Assembly (NCBI GenBank): GCA_965197745.1
Contig: CBDANS010000006.1
Span: forward strand, 1,280,001-1,344,000
DNA: 64,000 bases
Origin: Opitutales bacterium
Lineage (GTDB): Bacteria; Verrucomicrobiota; Verrucomicrobiia; Opitutales; PNEW01
Direction of reading: 5' to 3'
Shown here: in pieces, positions 10,001 to 19,384 of the stretch
How positions within the stretch are numbered: position 1 is the first letter of the stretch
Layout of the letters: the number at the start of each line of letters is the position of its first letter
The notes under the pieces: generated by a model
Told to the model about the DNA's origin: nothing
Database searches by the model: none
Seen by the model: only the letters and a program-made list of their open reading frames with translations
Program-made: the position numbers and the translations under genes

Positions 10001-11388
10001 CCCGTAGCGCCTAAACCGCTGTCCGCGCTGATGCTGATGGTGCCATCATTGATCGTGGTGTCGCCGGAGTAAGTGTTGACTCCCGAAAGGGTGAGTGTAC
10101 CTGTGTCATCCTTGATCAGGTCACCGGTATCGGAAACGATACCGCTGAAAGTTGTGTCCCCGGCTCCATCGACTGTAAGATTAAAAGTCTGGTTGTCGAT
10201 GTTTCCGCTTACATCTAAACTGCCAGCTGTAGAGTTGATCGTCGCTGCGGATCCCAGGTCGACTGTGCCCTGCCATTCATTGGCGCCGGCGATGTTCTGT
10301 AAGGCTCCAGCGCTGCTCTCACCCGTACCGTTTAAAGTGAGACCTTCTCCTACAACCGTGATTCCCGTATCGAGAGCCAAGGTGCCGCCACTGTTAACCG
10401 TTGTGTCGTTAGTGGTATCGCCGAGGGCACTGGCGTCTTCGATTTCGAGGATACCATTGTTGATCGTGGTGGTCCCGTCATAGGTGTTATTATTGGTTAA
10501 AGTCCAGGTCCCGTCGCCCTGCTTGACGATGTCACCCCGCTCCGAAATCACACCGGCAAAAGTCACATTCGTAGCATCGCCCACAGTGAGTATCCCGGGT
10601 GCCGCGCCACCCAACATCACTTGTGCCGCAGTGCTCGAACTGGAGAGTGAACCGATCGTATCGTTCTCATCAGTGAGATCGAGCAGCCCATCGGAGAGAA
10701 TCGTAACCGCGCTGGTGTCAGAGATCTGATCATTGTTATTACCGTAATCGACAATCGCGCTACCGGCAGCTCCAACTCCGTCACCAATCGTAAGGTCACC
10801 GCCGATACCTCCATTGGCACTGGTTCGGGCTAGACGCAGTTGTCCGTCTTCCACGATCGTGTCTCCGGTATAGGAACTGACTCCACCGCTTTGGAAGGTC
10901 AGACGTCCACCCTGGTGGGTGATTCCTCCGCTACCTGAGATGTTTCCCTGGAGACGGAAGTTTTGCGTGTTGGCGTTAAAGAAATCGAGATCATCATTGA
11001 GGACTATAGGTGCGGCAATTCTGCTTCTGTCCTGCATGTCCACGGTGAGCGTGGCATTCCCGCTACCCACATCAAAAGTAATGGTGTTGGCCCCTATGAT
11101 ATTGTATTCTCTGTTCCCGGTGTTGTGAAAGAAATCCATTTGCCCGACCGTCACATTGATGTCGACGGTAACATTGCGATTGCCGGTAATAACGGTTCCA
11201 AAGTTGGCGGTGTCATCGATGGCGTTAGGGGGTCCACCGCCGGGTGTCCAGTTGCCGGCAGTACTCCAATTGCCATTGCCATTCAGGTTCCAGTCAAATA
11301 CTTGCGCTTGAAGTTTTGGAGTTATAAAGCAGCAAAACAATGACATCATCATTGTAATTGTTGTTGCACTATGGATGGCTTTTTTCAT
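7012..11388 (-). CDS. Large secreted protein with autotransporter-associated beta-strand repeats and a C-terminal PEP-CTERM sorting signal
   Basis: Signal peptide; many LxKxGxGTLTLSGxNTYTGxTTINxGTL repeats; C-terminus VPEPSTYLGGGLILTLIGWRERRR. Confidence 0.92.
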   Translation of the reverse strand: MKKAIHSATTITMMMSLFCCFITPKLQAQVFDWNLNGNGNWSTAGNWTPGGGPPNAIDDTANFGTVITGNRNVTVDINVTVGQMDFFHNTGNREYNIIGANTITFDVGSGNATLTVDMQDRSRIAAPIVLNDDLDFFNANTQNFRLQGNISGSGGITHQGGRLTFQSGGVSSYTGDTIVEDGQLRLARTSANGGIGGDLTIGDGVGAAGSAIVDYGNNNDQISDTSAVTILSDGLLDLTDENDTIGSLSSSSTAAQVMLGGAAPGILTVGDATNVTFAGVISERGDIVKQGDGTWTLTNNNTYDGTTTINNGILEIEDASALGDTTNDTTVNSGGTLALDTGITVVGEGLTLNGTGESSAGALQNIAGANEWQGTVDLGSAATINSTAGSLDVSGNIDNQTFNLTVDGAGDTTFSGIVSDTGDLIKDDTGTLTLSGVNTYSGDTTINDGTISISADSGLGATGSTITFDGGTLNTTATFTLDSTRGTTLNAGDGTIDTNAATTLTYGGVISGAGDLDKTGSGTLVLDGVNTYTGITTVQTGTLDITDTNALGGTGSGTVVQSGATLEVSNIAANMAAESLTINGTGVGGVNGALHWTDTGTQRWTGNVTLGSDSLIVVDAGNMRFTGDIDLNGSDLTMDNDVTARLSNGGILTGTGNLIKEGTGTFRFDGGGVNDYVGDATVNTGRLRLGGTAGATKITGDLFIGDGTGATGADRVILGSADHIADTSAVTINSTGRLDLNDNNETIGSLTGATATAQVFLGTATLTAGDASNTTFAGVISETGDLVKEGTGTLTLSGVNTFTGTTSINDGTLSISADSGLGTAPGVATAGHLSFDGGTLNTSVTFSLDSNRGIALNAGDGTVDTDFGTTLTYGGIMAGTGDLTKDGTGTLTLSGVNTYTGSTTIDGGTLSISADSGLGAAPGAATAGHLSFDGGTLNTSATFSLDSNRGIALNAGGGTIETDAATTLTYGGIMAGTGSFDKTGTGTLVLGGVNTYTGTTTVQAGTLEVTDPSALGGTGSGTVVQSGATLEVSGIAANMSAEPLTINGTGVGGVGALYWTDIGFDEWTGDITLGSNATITNAAGGIMPISGDIDLNGSTLTVDTGDLAGMVSGSVISGTGNFVKDGTSTWFFQGGTNTYTGSTTINDGTMNLNVSGGTSVPGALVIGDGVGATGSAIAFVGSSEQIADTSAVTIDSDGRLDVNSFSETIGSLSSGSATAEVFLDAGTLTVGDATSTTFAGVISETGDLMKEGTGTLTLTGTNSFSGDTTVNAGTLELNNGAGNALDGTATVIITGGSLLLSGDDQIVDTANMELDGGIFDTDGFDEVLGTLTLSSDSSIDLGIGTSIIDFDDSSGLELAWTDSGQILSILDYTGDTNGGGIDQIIFGSAGLTDSQLAQIRFVNPWGTSKSFHARFQGDEIVPVPEPSTYLGGGLILTLIGWRERRRLIKLLGKFQEKQ
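8440..9020. repeat. Intragenic tandem duplication, 291-bp (97-aa) period
   Basis: aaggcgattccacg...tgtccagggagaaggtg...cttgtatttaaggtgcccccgtcaaagcttaagtgtccggctgtggct starts at both 8531 and 8822. Outer boundaries are approximate. Confidence 0.85.
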
Positions 11389-11708
11389 CTAAAGATACTA
11401 CTTCGCTATCATTAATATTTATATTAATAGTGAGCGATTACTATTAGTCAATATATTATAGGTTGTATTTACATATAATTTACAAGGAAATATACCTATA
11501 TTTTACATAGAATAATACCCTAATTTTCTTATACAATGGGAGAACGATCCTTTTTATTGATAATATATTATTATTAGATAATATTAAAAGCGTTCGATAT
11601 GCCTATTTTTAATTGAATTAATAAGCGTAAATTCAAATTTCAGAAAAAATTTGTAGATCAAACTTATTGCTTTCAGTTCTCTATATTACTGAATTAGCAA
11701 GTGAGAAT

Positions 11709-12470
11709 ATGAATGAACAAAAATTGAAAGAGGCCTTTGATAATGACGGGTATGTGTATGTCCCGGAGTTTTTAAAAGGCGAAGCATTGCAGGAACTATT
11801 GAGCAATATTGATAGGTTTATAGAATCGATTGTCCCAAAGATGCCGCGTGGGACGGTATACTATGAAGATTTAACCCGACCGGAGACACTGAAACAGATA
11901 CAGAGACTGCATAAGCATGATCCCTATTTCGAAAAAATGTATTATGGAAGTTGCTTTGAAAAACTGGCAGAGGTTCTTCTCGGAGGCCCGGTAAGCACGG
12001 AAGCCGATAACTTCCAGTTTTTCAACAAGCCGTCAAAAGAGGGTTTACCGACCCCGCCTCACCAGGATGGATTTTACTTTAAGCTCAATCCATGTGAAGC
12101 GGTTACGATGTGGATGGCCCTGGAAGAAGTGGACGAAGAAAACGGATGCGTCCGTTATGTTCAAGGATCTCATCTTCGCGGAATGCGGCCCCATGGCCGT
12201 TCGGGAACACTGGGCTTTTCCCAGGGAATTACCGACTACGGTACGGATGAGGACAAAGCGAATGAAATAGCATTTCATGCCCAAGCTGGTGATTTACTCG
12301 TGCACCATGCGATGATGATTCATCTTGCCGGAGCTAATACTTCAACAACGCGCACGCGCAAAGCAATAGGGACGATTTATTATTCCCAGCGCGCAAAAGT
12401 TGACCATGAAGCGAAAGCAGCCCATCAGCGTAAAATGAACGAAGAATTAAAAGAGGCGGGAAAAATTTAA
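11709..12470 (+). CDS. Phytanoyl-CoA dioxygenase (PhyH) family Fe(II)/2OG dioxygenase
   Basis: FDNDGYV, PPHQDG, WMALE..DEENGC, GDLLVHHAMMIH, TRK. ATG 11709 preferred over the TTG at 11667. Confidence 0.88.
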   Translation: MNEQKLKEAFDNDGYVYVPEFLKGEALQELLSNIDRFIESIVPKMPRGTVYYEDLTRPETLKQIQRLHKHDPYFEKMYYGSCFEKLAEVLLGGPVSTEADNFQFFNKPSKEGLPTPPHQDGFYFKLNPCEAVTMWMALEEVDEENGCVRYVQGSHLRGMRPHGRSGTLGFSQGITDYGTDEDKANEIAFHAQAGDLLVHHAMMIHLAGANTSTTRTRKAIGTIYYSQRAKVDHEAKAAHQRKMNEELKEAGKI

Positions 12471-12546
12471 TCACCGTGATCTTTTATAGAGAATGCATGT
12501 AAGCATGCGCTTCTTTATTTGAGGCATTTTTAATCTTTAAAAAACC

Positions 12547-13512
12547 ATGTTTACGACTGAAGCGATAGAACACTTTCATCGGGACGGGAATATCGTGGCG
12601 CGTGGCGTTTTTAATGGCCGGGAACTCGAGGTGTTACAAGAAGCGAGCAAAAAAGTAATGGAGGAGGGAATCGCCGGTGAGGGTGAATACCATATGCATA
12701 AGGACAAAGCGGACGGAGCAAAAACGTATTTCCGTAGTGAAATGATGTGGGATCGTGATCCGATTTTTAAAGCAGTTACCGTCCACCCGGAACTGCTGAC
12801 CTGTTACGGGCAGCTTTTAGGGCATTCCTTCCTTCCATTCGTGGACTCCTTCGTCTGTAAAATTCCGCGCGGTGACGTATCTATTCCCTGGCACCAGGAT
12901 CCACCCTATGGCGTGAAGAAATCGGGCTCGGTGAGTGTTGGACGAAAGGAAACTTATGGCATGCCGAATATCGATGCCGACATCTATCTCGACCGGGCGA
13001 CAATAGAAAATGGGTGCCTCTGGGTTATTCCCGAACACCACCTCATCGGGCATGTAGAAGTGGAACGATATTCCGAGGATGAACTTTTTGAAAAACTTGG
13101 GGCAATCCCCGTCGAAATGGAACCGGGTGACGTCAACTTCCATTGCCTCTCCGCTCCACATGGTTCAAGGGGGAATAAGACGGACAGCCTTCGTCGGACA
13201 TTTTACATTCACTACATGAATGAGGAGATCTATAAAAATCTCTATGCGGGAATTGACACGCCAGGTTATAGAAGACTCGAATCGCGCGGACTTTATACGG
13301 AAAAGGGTATCGCATTCGCACATCAAATGGTAGAAGTCCGTAAGGAATTGGGTTTGGGTGGCCTTGACGACAGTGATATTGAAATGACGAATGAAGGGTT
13401 TGAATTTATCGGTGAACCTAAGACTCCGCCCCGTTACTGGGAGAAACTCATCACTGAAATGAGCGAAGAGGAGATGACACAAAAACGAAGCTTGCAGTCG
13501 GTGATGGTGTAG
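12547..13512 (+). CDS. PhyH-family Fe(II)/2OG dioxygenase
   Basis: FHRDG, PWHQD, YLDRATIENGCL, PGDVNFH..APHGS, LRR. Confidence 0.88.
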   Translation: MFTTEAIEHFHRDGNIVARGVFNGRELEVLQEASKKVMEEGIAGEGEYHMHKDKADGAKTYFRSEMMWDRDPIFKAVTVHPELLTCYGQLLGHSFLPFVDSFVCKIPRGDVSIPWHQDPPYGVKKSGSVSVGRKETYGMPNIDADIYLDRATIENGCLWVIPEHHLIGHVEVERYSEDELFEKLGAIPVEMEPGDVNFHCLSAPHGSRGNKTDSLRRTFYIHYMNEEIYKNLYAGIDTPGYRRLESRGLYTEKGIAFAHQMVEVRKELGLGGLDDSDIEMTNEGFEFIGEPKTPPRYWEKLITEMSEEEMTQKRSLQSVMV

Positions 13513-13531
13513 GGATCGGGGGTTATGCGAT

Positions 13532-13579
13532 GCGAAAATGTGTATAAGTGAAAAAGCGTGAATGCGAAAATACGTAAGA
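13532..13579 (+). repeat. Degenerate 8-bp tandem array (6 units, approximately GYGWRAAW)
   Basis: gcgaaaat|gtgtataa|gtgaaaaa|gcgtgaat|gcgaaaat|acgtaaga. Confidence 0.55.
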
Positions 13580-13655
13580 AAACATCTTATTTGTCCACTT
13601 AATCATCCTCTTTCATTTGCGAGACTGCCGCACATCGTACGATTAACTTCAGTCG

Positions 13656-15068
13656 ATGAACACGATAATTAAAAATTTACCTGACGAATGGTCGGGAGCA
13701 ATGGGTGATTGCTTAAGCGATAGCATACGGCATACGGGTAAAAAGGTGGTGGTCATTGATGACGATCCCACGGGAACACAAACGGTCCATGGCATTCAGG
13801 TGCTGACTGCATGGTCGGTAACGATGCTGAAAGAGGAGTTATCCAGTGACCGGCTCGCCTTCTACCTGCTTTCGAACTCGAGAAGTCTACCCTTGAAGAA
13901 GGCGCAGGAGATGAACCGTGAAATCGCACGTAATCTAAATCAGGCAGCGCGTGACACGGGTCGTGAATTTGTGGTGGTAAGTCGAAGCGATTCCACTCTG
14001 CGCGGGCATTACCCTGGAGAGGTGGATGCATTAGCTGAATCTTTAGGAGGACAATTCGATGGCACTTTTATTATTCCTGCATTCATAGAGGGCAATCGCA
14101 TAACTATTGATTCGATGCATTACATTCTTGAGGGTGAAAATTTGACACCGGTCAATGAAACGGAATTTGCGAAGGATGCGACTTTTGGGTACGCGAATGC
14201 AGACCTCACCTCATGGGTGGAGGAAAAGACCGAGGGAAGGGTAGCGGCAGCTGAAGTGTTGCGCATCACCCTCAATGATCTCCGCATGGGAGGCCCCGAG
14301 GTGGTAGAGCAAAAAATATCAGAGATGAAAGAGGGACGCGTTAGTGTCATTGACGCGGTTACTTATCGTGATCTCGTAGTATTCATCACGGCATTGATTA
14401 ATGTTGAAGAGAAGGGGAAACGGTTTCTTTATCGAACCGGCGCGTCATTCGTTCGCGTGCGCGCTGGGATTGAAGATCAGCCGCTTTTGAAAACCGAGGA
14501 TATACTTAGAGAATCCGCGAATGGCGGTCTGACGGTGATCGGTTCCTATGTGCCACGCACGACTCGCCAGCTTGAAAAATTACTCGCTTCATCCCACATC
14601 GTGGCAAATGAACTTAAGGTGGAGAGAGTACTCGATTCTCAAACGCGGGAAAATGAAATTCGGGAAATAATTAAAAAAGCAAACACGACTTTAGCGGAAA
14701 AAAAAGATACCGTTATATACACCAGCCGGAACCTTGTCAGTTCTCAGGGCAGAGCGGGGGAGATTGCGATCGGGGTAAAGGTTTCAGCTGCCCTTGTCGA
14801 GTGCATGCGTGGTATTCAGGTATGCCCATCCTATTTAATTGCCAAGGGGGGAATTACGGCGAGTGATATCGCGGTCAAGGGATTGGACGTGCGCCAGGCA
14901 GGTATTCGCGGACAAATTTTACCCGGTGTCCCTGTCTGGCTCTTGGGAGAAGAGAGTCGATTTCCCGGACTTTCATACGTTGTATTTCCAGGTAACGTGG
15001 GAGATGATTTCAGCCTGGTTAATTTAGCGGCGGACCTGAAAAAACAACGCGCGGAAACTGGAAGCTGA
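13656..15068 (+). CDS. Four-carbon acid sugar kinase family protein (DUF1537)
   Basis: VIDDDPTGTQ, SRSDSTLRGH, IGSYVPRTTRQL, IAKGGITASD, FPGNVG. Confidence 0.88.
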   Translation: MNTIIKNLPDEWSGAMGDCLSDSIRHTGKKVVVIDDDPTGTQTVHGIQVLTAWSVTMLKEELSSDRLAFYLLSNSRSLPLKKAQEMNREIARNLNQAARDTGREFVVVSRSDSTLRGHYPGEVDALAESLGGQFDGTFIIPAFIEGNRITIDSMHYILEGENLTPVNETEFAKDATFGYANADLTSWVEEKTEGRVAAAEVLRITLNDLRMGGPEVVEQKISEMKEGRVSVIDAVTYRDLVVFITALINVEEKGKRFLYRTGASFVRVRAGIEDQPLLKTEDILRESANGGLTVIGSYVPRTTRQLEKLLASSHIVANELKVERVLDSQTRENEIREIIKKANTTLAEKKDTVIYTSRNLVSSQGRAGEIAIGVKVSAALVECMRGIQVCPSYLIAKGGITASDIAVKGLDVRQAGIRGQILPGVPVWLLGEESRFPGLSYVVFPGNVGDDFSLVNLAADLKKQRAETGS

Positions 15069-15081
15069 CAAATTTAATTTC

Positions 15082-16581
15082 CTATAGTGGATTATTAAGA
15101 CTCCACTGAGCTTTAGGGGGAAAAGAATCTCCACCCCGGGCGCCGTTATAGAGAACGTCATTGCATACAAACCAATCCATCAATCGGCCGATCAAACGCA
15201 ATTTCACATCACTGAATTCCGGATCATCCCATAAATTTTTACTTTCGGTGGGATCATTCTCCATGTCATATAATTCACCCTCTAACTTTTTATTATCGTC
15301 GGGAAAATTGTGATAAACATTCAGTTTATACCTCTCATCCCTGAACATCGTGGCATTGATAGGTGGGTCCCAGTATAGTTTGCTATCATCTATTCCCGAA
15401 GTCCGGTACATGCATACGGCAAAATCTCTTCGTTTCTCGTATTCGGATTTATCCTGAATAAGTGAAATAAGATCCATGGAGTCGGGCATTAAGTCATCAA
15501 GTTTTTCCCGGGTATATCCGGCTTGACTGAGTATCGTTCCGGCCAGATCATGCAGCTGGACCAGATCTTTTACCCTTTTCCCGCTTTCAACTTTTTCCGG
15601 AAAGCGTATGATGAGGGGGACTTTAGTGCAGGCGTCATAGAAGAAGGCACCTTTGGCTAAAAGTTCATGATCGCCGATCATGTCACCGTGGTCGCTGCCG
15701 AAAATAACGATCGTATCTTCCTTGAGGCCTTCCTTTTCAAGGACCTCTAATACCCGGCCTACTTCACGATCGATGAAGGCAATCGATGCGTAGTACCCCT
15801 CCCGCATCTGATGTATCTGTTCGGGAGTATAATTGGGGATTCCGCCCAAATAGCTGTGGTAATGTTCTCTTTGGATTCCCTCGGGTCCGGAGGTCGTCTG
15901 CCCTTCATGGATGATCGGTTCTGGTAATTTATTTTGATCGACCTCTTCAAGCATCGTGCTGGGGTAATCGCCATAGGGATCATGAGGATCAACGACACTC
16001 ATATAGCAGAAGAACGGTTTATTTTTGTCACGATTTTTAAGAAAGTCGATGGTCCCTTCTGCCGCCCAGCGCGTAAAGTGTACTTCCTCCGGAACATGCC
16101 CGATATTTCTGCCCTTCTCTTTTAATTTATCATGAAATTCAGGATGATTTTTTTTGAGCCATACACCATAACTGTTATATTTACCCGTGACATTATTAGG
16201 GGTCATGGCAGATTCAAACACATCAAAACCGGTGTTTGGATGACGCACTTCCCGTTCATGGCTTCTCCCACTGACATGCAATTTACCGATTAAGGCGGTA
16301 GCATAATTTTTTTCTTTCAGGTGTTTGGGAAATAAAGAGAATTCTTCAGACAGATTATTGTGCACCTGGTAGACGCCGTGCCCGGGCAGTGGTTTGCCCG
16401 TCAATAGACTCGCCCGACTGGGAGTACAGACCGGGTTATCACAATAACAATTTTCAAACAATGCTCCTTCCTCTGCCAGTCGGTCTAAATGGGGCGTAGG
16501 TATGGCATCAAACCCATAACATCCCAGGGAATCAGAGCGTTGTTGATCGGTAAAAATAAGGAGGACGTTAGGTTGTTTCAT
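15082..16581 (-). CDS. Formylglycine-dependent (S1) sulfatase
   Basis: PNVLLIFTDQQR, CTPSRASLLTG (CxPxR), GKLH, DPHDPY, SDHGD, ELYD..DP.E. Confidence 0.92.
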   Translation of the reverse strand: MKQPNVLLIFTDQQRSDSLGCYGFDAIPTPHLDRLAEEGALFENCYCDNPVCTPSRASLLTGKPLPGHGVYQVHNNLSEEFSLFPKHLKEKNYATALIGKLHVSGRSHEREVRHPNTGFDVFESAMTPNNVTGKYNSYGVWLKKNHPEFHDKLKEKGRNIGHVPEEVHFTRWAAEGTIDFLKNRDKNKPFFCYMSVVDPHDPYGDYPSTMLEEVDQNKLPEPIIHEGQTTSGPEGIQREHYHSYLGGIPNYTPEQIHQMREGYYASIAFIDREVGRVLEVLEKEGLKEDTIVIFGSDHGDMIGDHELLAKGAFFYDACTKVPLIIRFPEKVESGKRVKDLVQLHDLAGTILSQAGYTREKLDDLMPDSMDLISLIQDKSEYEKRRDFAVCMYRTSGIDDSKLYWDPPINATMFRDERYKLNVYHNFPDDNKKLEGELYDMENDPTESKNLWDDPEFSDVKLRLIGRLMDWFVCNDVLYNGARGGDSFPPKAQWSLNNPL

Positions 16582-16697
16582 GATGTTCAGGTATTAAATA
16601 TTTTACCAGGAACTGCTATTGGAAATTTCTGATTCTACGCTTTATCATTTAAGAAAAATCACGATGTGAATAAAACCGGGGTTATCTCTTACGCTCT

Positions 16698-19274
16698 TCA
16701 ATCTGTTTTGGGCAGCATCGTGTAGTAAGTTAACCCCTTTAAGGATTTCTCCTTTTCCGGAATGATAAGACTGGCGATGTAGCCAACGATTACACATACA
16801 GCAATACCGATAAATGCATAAAGAATAAAGTGGATGGGGGTGTAGGTTTTAACAAAATATAAAACCATGGCGCTGACAATAGCTCCAATAAAAACGCCAA
16901 TTCCGTTCGCCCGACGGGTAAAAATACCCAGGATAAATAGTCCGGCGAGGCCACTGCTTAAGAGGCCGACGGTTGAAGAGAATAATAATTGTGCGGATTG
17001 GATGTCTACGGTGACGATATAGAGCGCGAATGAGGTGGCAGAAAGTCCGGTAAGCAGTGTAAACCAACGGGCGATACTTAAATAATTATGTTCAGACTTA
17101 TCCGGTTTGAAACGCCGATAAAAATCGGTGACAAATGATGTAGCCATCGAATTCATTCCACTGTCTAAACTCGACATCGCCGCGGAAAATATGGCTGCAA
17201 TAAGAAACCCTGCAATACCTACGGGTAATTTCTGGGCGACGAAGAGGGGAAAGATGGCGTCATTCTGCATTCCAAGGCTGATCATATCCGGGTGATTTTT
17301 GTAATAGCCATAAAGAGCTGTCCCCATCGTGAAAAATAATAATCCGGAGGGAATGGTGATTGCCACGTTTAACCAGAGTCCGTTTGCCGCCGATTTTTCA
17401 TCCTTGGTTGTAAGGTACCTTTGGATCTGGGATTGGTCTGCGGAGTACTGGATCAAGGTGCCGCATCCACCACCGATGATCACCACCCACAAGGTGGGGT
17501 AAGTCATATCCCAGTCCCAATAGATAGAGCGAAATTTGTTATCCTCCATCCCTATATCGATAAGCCCCATCACGCCGCCATCGATATGAAAAACTATAAT
17601 CACAAGGGCTAAAATGATACCAAGATAGAAAATGAAGACTTGTATAACATCGGTCCATACGACTGCTTCGATCCCCCCCAAGACGGTATAAAAAGTACTG
17701 AGCAACCCCATTGAAAGAATGCACACGTAGATATTGATTCCAGTAATCGTAGAGAGAACGATCGCGGGGAGATAGAGAATAATGCTGATCCGGGCCAGTT
17801 GGAAAAGAATGAACTGCGCACTGCCATATAAGCGAACGGGTAGATTAAATCGTAATTCAAGGTACTCAAATGCGGTGGTGATATTAAGTCGCCTGAAGAA
17901 GGGGAGGTAAAAGTAGATGATAATAATGGGGCAGAGAAGAAGCCCAACTACCGTTGGGTACAAAAACCAATCCATGGAATAAACCATACTGGGGGTAGCG
18001 ATATAGGTAAGCGCACTGAGGATAGTACCCAGGACACTAAGTCCCGCCGCCCACCAGGGTATTCTGCGACCGGCGAGGAAGTAATCATCAGTTCCCTTCT
18101 CCCGCTTGGAAAAATAAATTCCCATGTAAATGAGCGCGATCATGTAGAGAATGAGAAATGTGTAATTGAAGATCCCGAAAGATACGTTCTCGCCCGCGTT
18201 ATGCGTCATGAGTTGAATTTTCGGTGTGCTGCTGCCCGGTGTTGTCTCTCCCCCGGTGAGCACGATGCCGCCATTCCAGCTGACTGCCTCGGCTCTTGTC
18301 ACTCCCCATGGAATTGTTCCTTCTTCTATCCATTTATTTGTGATTGTATGGTAGACAAGTAAATGGGGTGAGATTCCAGGTTCTTGACCTTCCTCTATTC
18401 CCGTATCCACACCCGATGGCTGCAGGTTAGATTCCCCAAAAACGAGAATGTGTGACTGGCCATAATTAATTGCCGGAGCCGCCGCTATCGGGGATGGACT
18501 GTCGGCGATACGCTCCCACTGCATGGTCCGAAAAGTATATCGGTAACAATCATTTGAGATCTCGGTATTAATATTACCCGCGCTATCCTTAACCGTGGTT
18601 TCACCCCCCATGACATAAAGGTAGTCGTAGTCACCAATATTCTGACTGACAACAATAGCATTTATTCGAGCGGATCCTTGCCAAGGCTCCAGAATCTTCC
18701 AGCCCGCATCCAGATTGTTCAAGTCTAGTGACCAAAAAACGTTTTTCAGGTTTGCGGTAGGATCAGCCGTCAGGCCACCGGCGACGTACAATGTCTCTCC
18801 GGATATTGAGGCGTCGGTCAGTGATAAAGGGTGCGGTAATGATGGTAGCGATTCCTGGGTAATAGTCTGTTCTTCAGAATTCCAGGTCAATTGGGTAACG
18901 TTATCCTTATTCCCCTGGGCGTTGCTTCCACCGATTAAAATCAAGCCGTGACTGGAACTTACTGAAGCACCATAGGCAAGGGGTTGATTAAGTTTATAAC
19001 CGGTCAGCCATGACGTTTGTTTTTCATCAGATAAAATATAAATAGTGTCGTGCCAGACTTTACCCCCCGTTTCCTCGGGAAAATTTGCTCCCCCGGCAAC
19101 TATGAGGGCACCCCTGCTGACTCCGGCGAATGCCCCTTCCAAGCCCACGGAAATGGGCAGTTCAGGAAGCGTCTCCCATCTTATAGCTTCTTCACTCGTG
19201 GTCGAATTTTCTTTGCATCCTCCAAAAAATAAAATTGCGACAATACTAAACCCTATTACGGAAAAAAACCTCAT
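16698..19274 (-). CDS. Kelch-repeat (NanM/mutarotase-like) domain fused to a sodium:solute symporter
   Basis: Lipobox-like FFGGC; Kelch repeats (LIVAGGANFP, LYVAGG, LYVMGG); SSS motifs (DYFLAGRRIPWW, TAFEYLELRF, GGIEAVVWTD, QRYL, AAMSSLDS). Confidence 0.88.
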   Translation of the reverse strand: MRFFSVIGFSIVAILFFGGCKENSTTSEEAIRWETLPELPISVGLEGAFAGVSRGALIVAGGANFPEETGGKVWHDTIYILSDEKQTSWLTGYKLNQPLAYGASVSSSHGLILIGGSNAQGNKDNVTQLTWNSEEQTITQESLPSLPHPLSLTDASISGETLYVAGGLTADPTANLKNVFWSLDLNNLDAGWKILEPWQGSARINAIVVSQNIGDYDYLYVMGGETTVKDSAGNINTEISNDCYRYTFRTMQWERIADSPSPIAAAPAINYGQSHILVFGESNLQPSGVDTGIEEGQEPGISPHLLVYHTITNKWIEEGTIPWGVTRAEAVSWNGGIVLTGGETTPGSSTPKIQLMTHNAGENVSFGIFNYTFLILYMIALIYMGIYFSKREKGTDDYFLAGRRIPWWAAGLSVLGTILSALTYIATPSMVYSMDWFLYPTVVGLLLCPIIIIYFYLPFFRRLNITTAFEYLELRFNLPVRLYGSAQFILFQLARISIILYLPAIVLSTITGINIYVCILSMGLLSTFYTVLGGIEAVVWTDVIQVFIFYLGIILALVIIVFHIDGGVMGLIDIGMEDNKFRSIYWDWDMTYPTLWVVIIGGGCGTLIQYSADQSQIQRYLTTKDEKSAANGLWLNVAITIPSGLLFFTMGTALYGYYKNHPDMISLGMQNDAIFPLFVAQKLPVGIAGFLIAAIFSAAMSSLDSGMNSMATSFVTDFYRRFKPDKSEHNYLSIARWFTLLTGLSATSFALYIVTVDIQSAQLLFSSTVGLLSSGLAGLFILGIFTRRANGIGVFIGAIVSAMVLYFVKTYTPIHFILYAFIGIAVCVIVGYIASLIIPEKEKSLKGLTYYTMLPKTD

Positions 19275-19384
19275 GAGCTAAGGGACGATGCTGTGGACGA
19301 GCGTGATGGTGTCCAGTATAATTGTCTTCAAATAACGGGATCAGCCATCTATACGAATGAAAAATGAAAGGGTAAAATATATCT

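Noticed and set aside
7349..11343. Many + strand ORFs in the track
   Set aside because: They are antisense shadows of the repetitive PEP-CTERM gene with no protein motifs.
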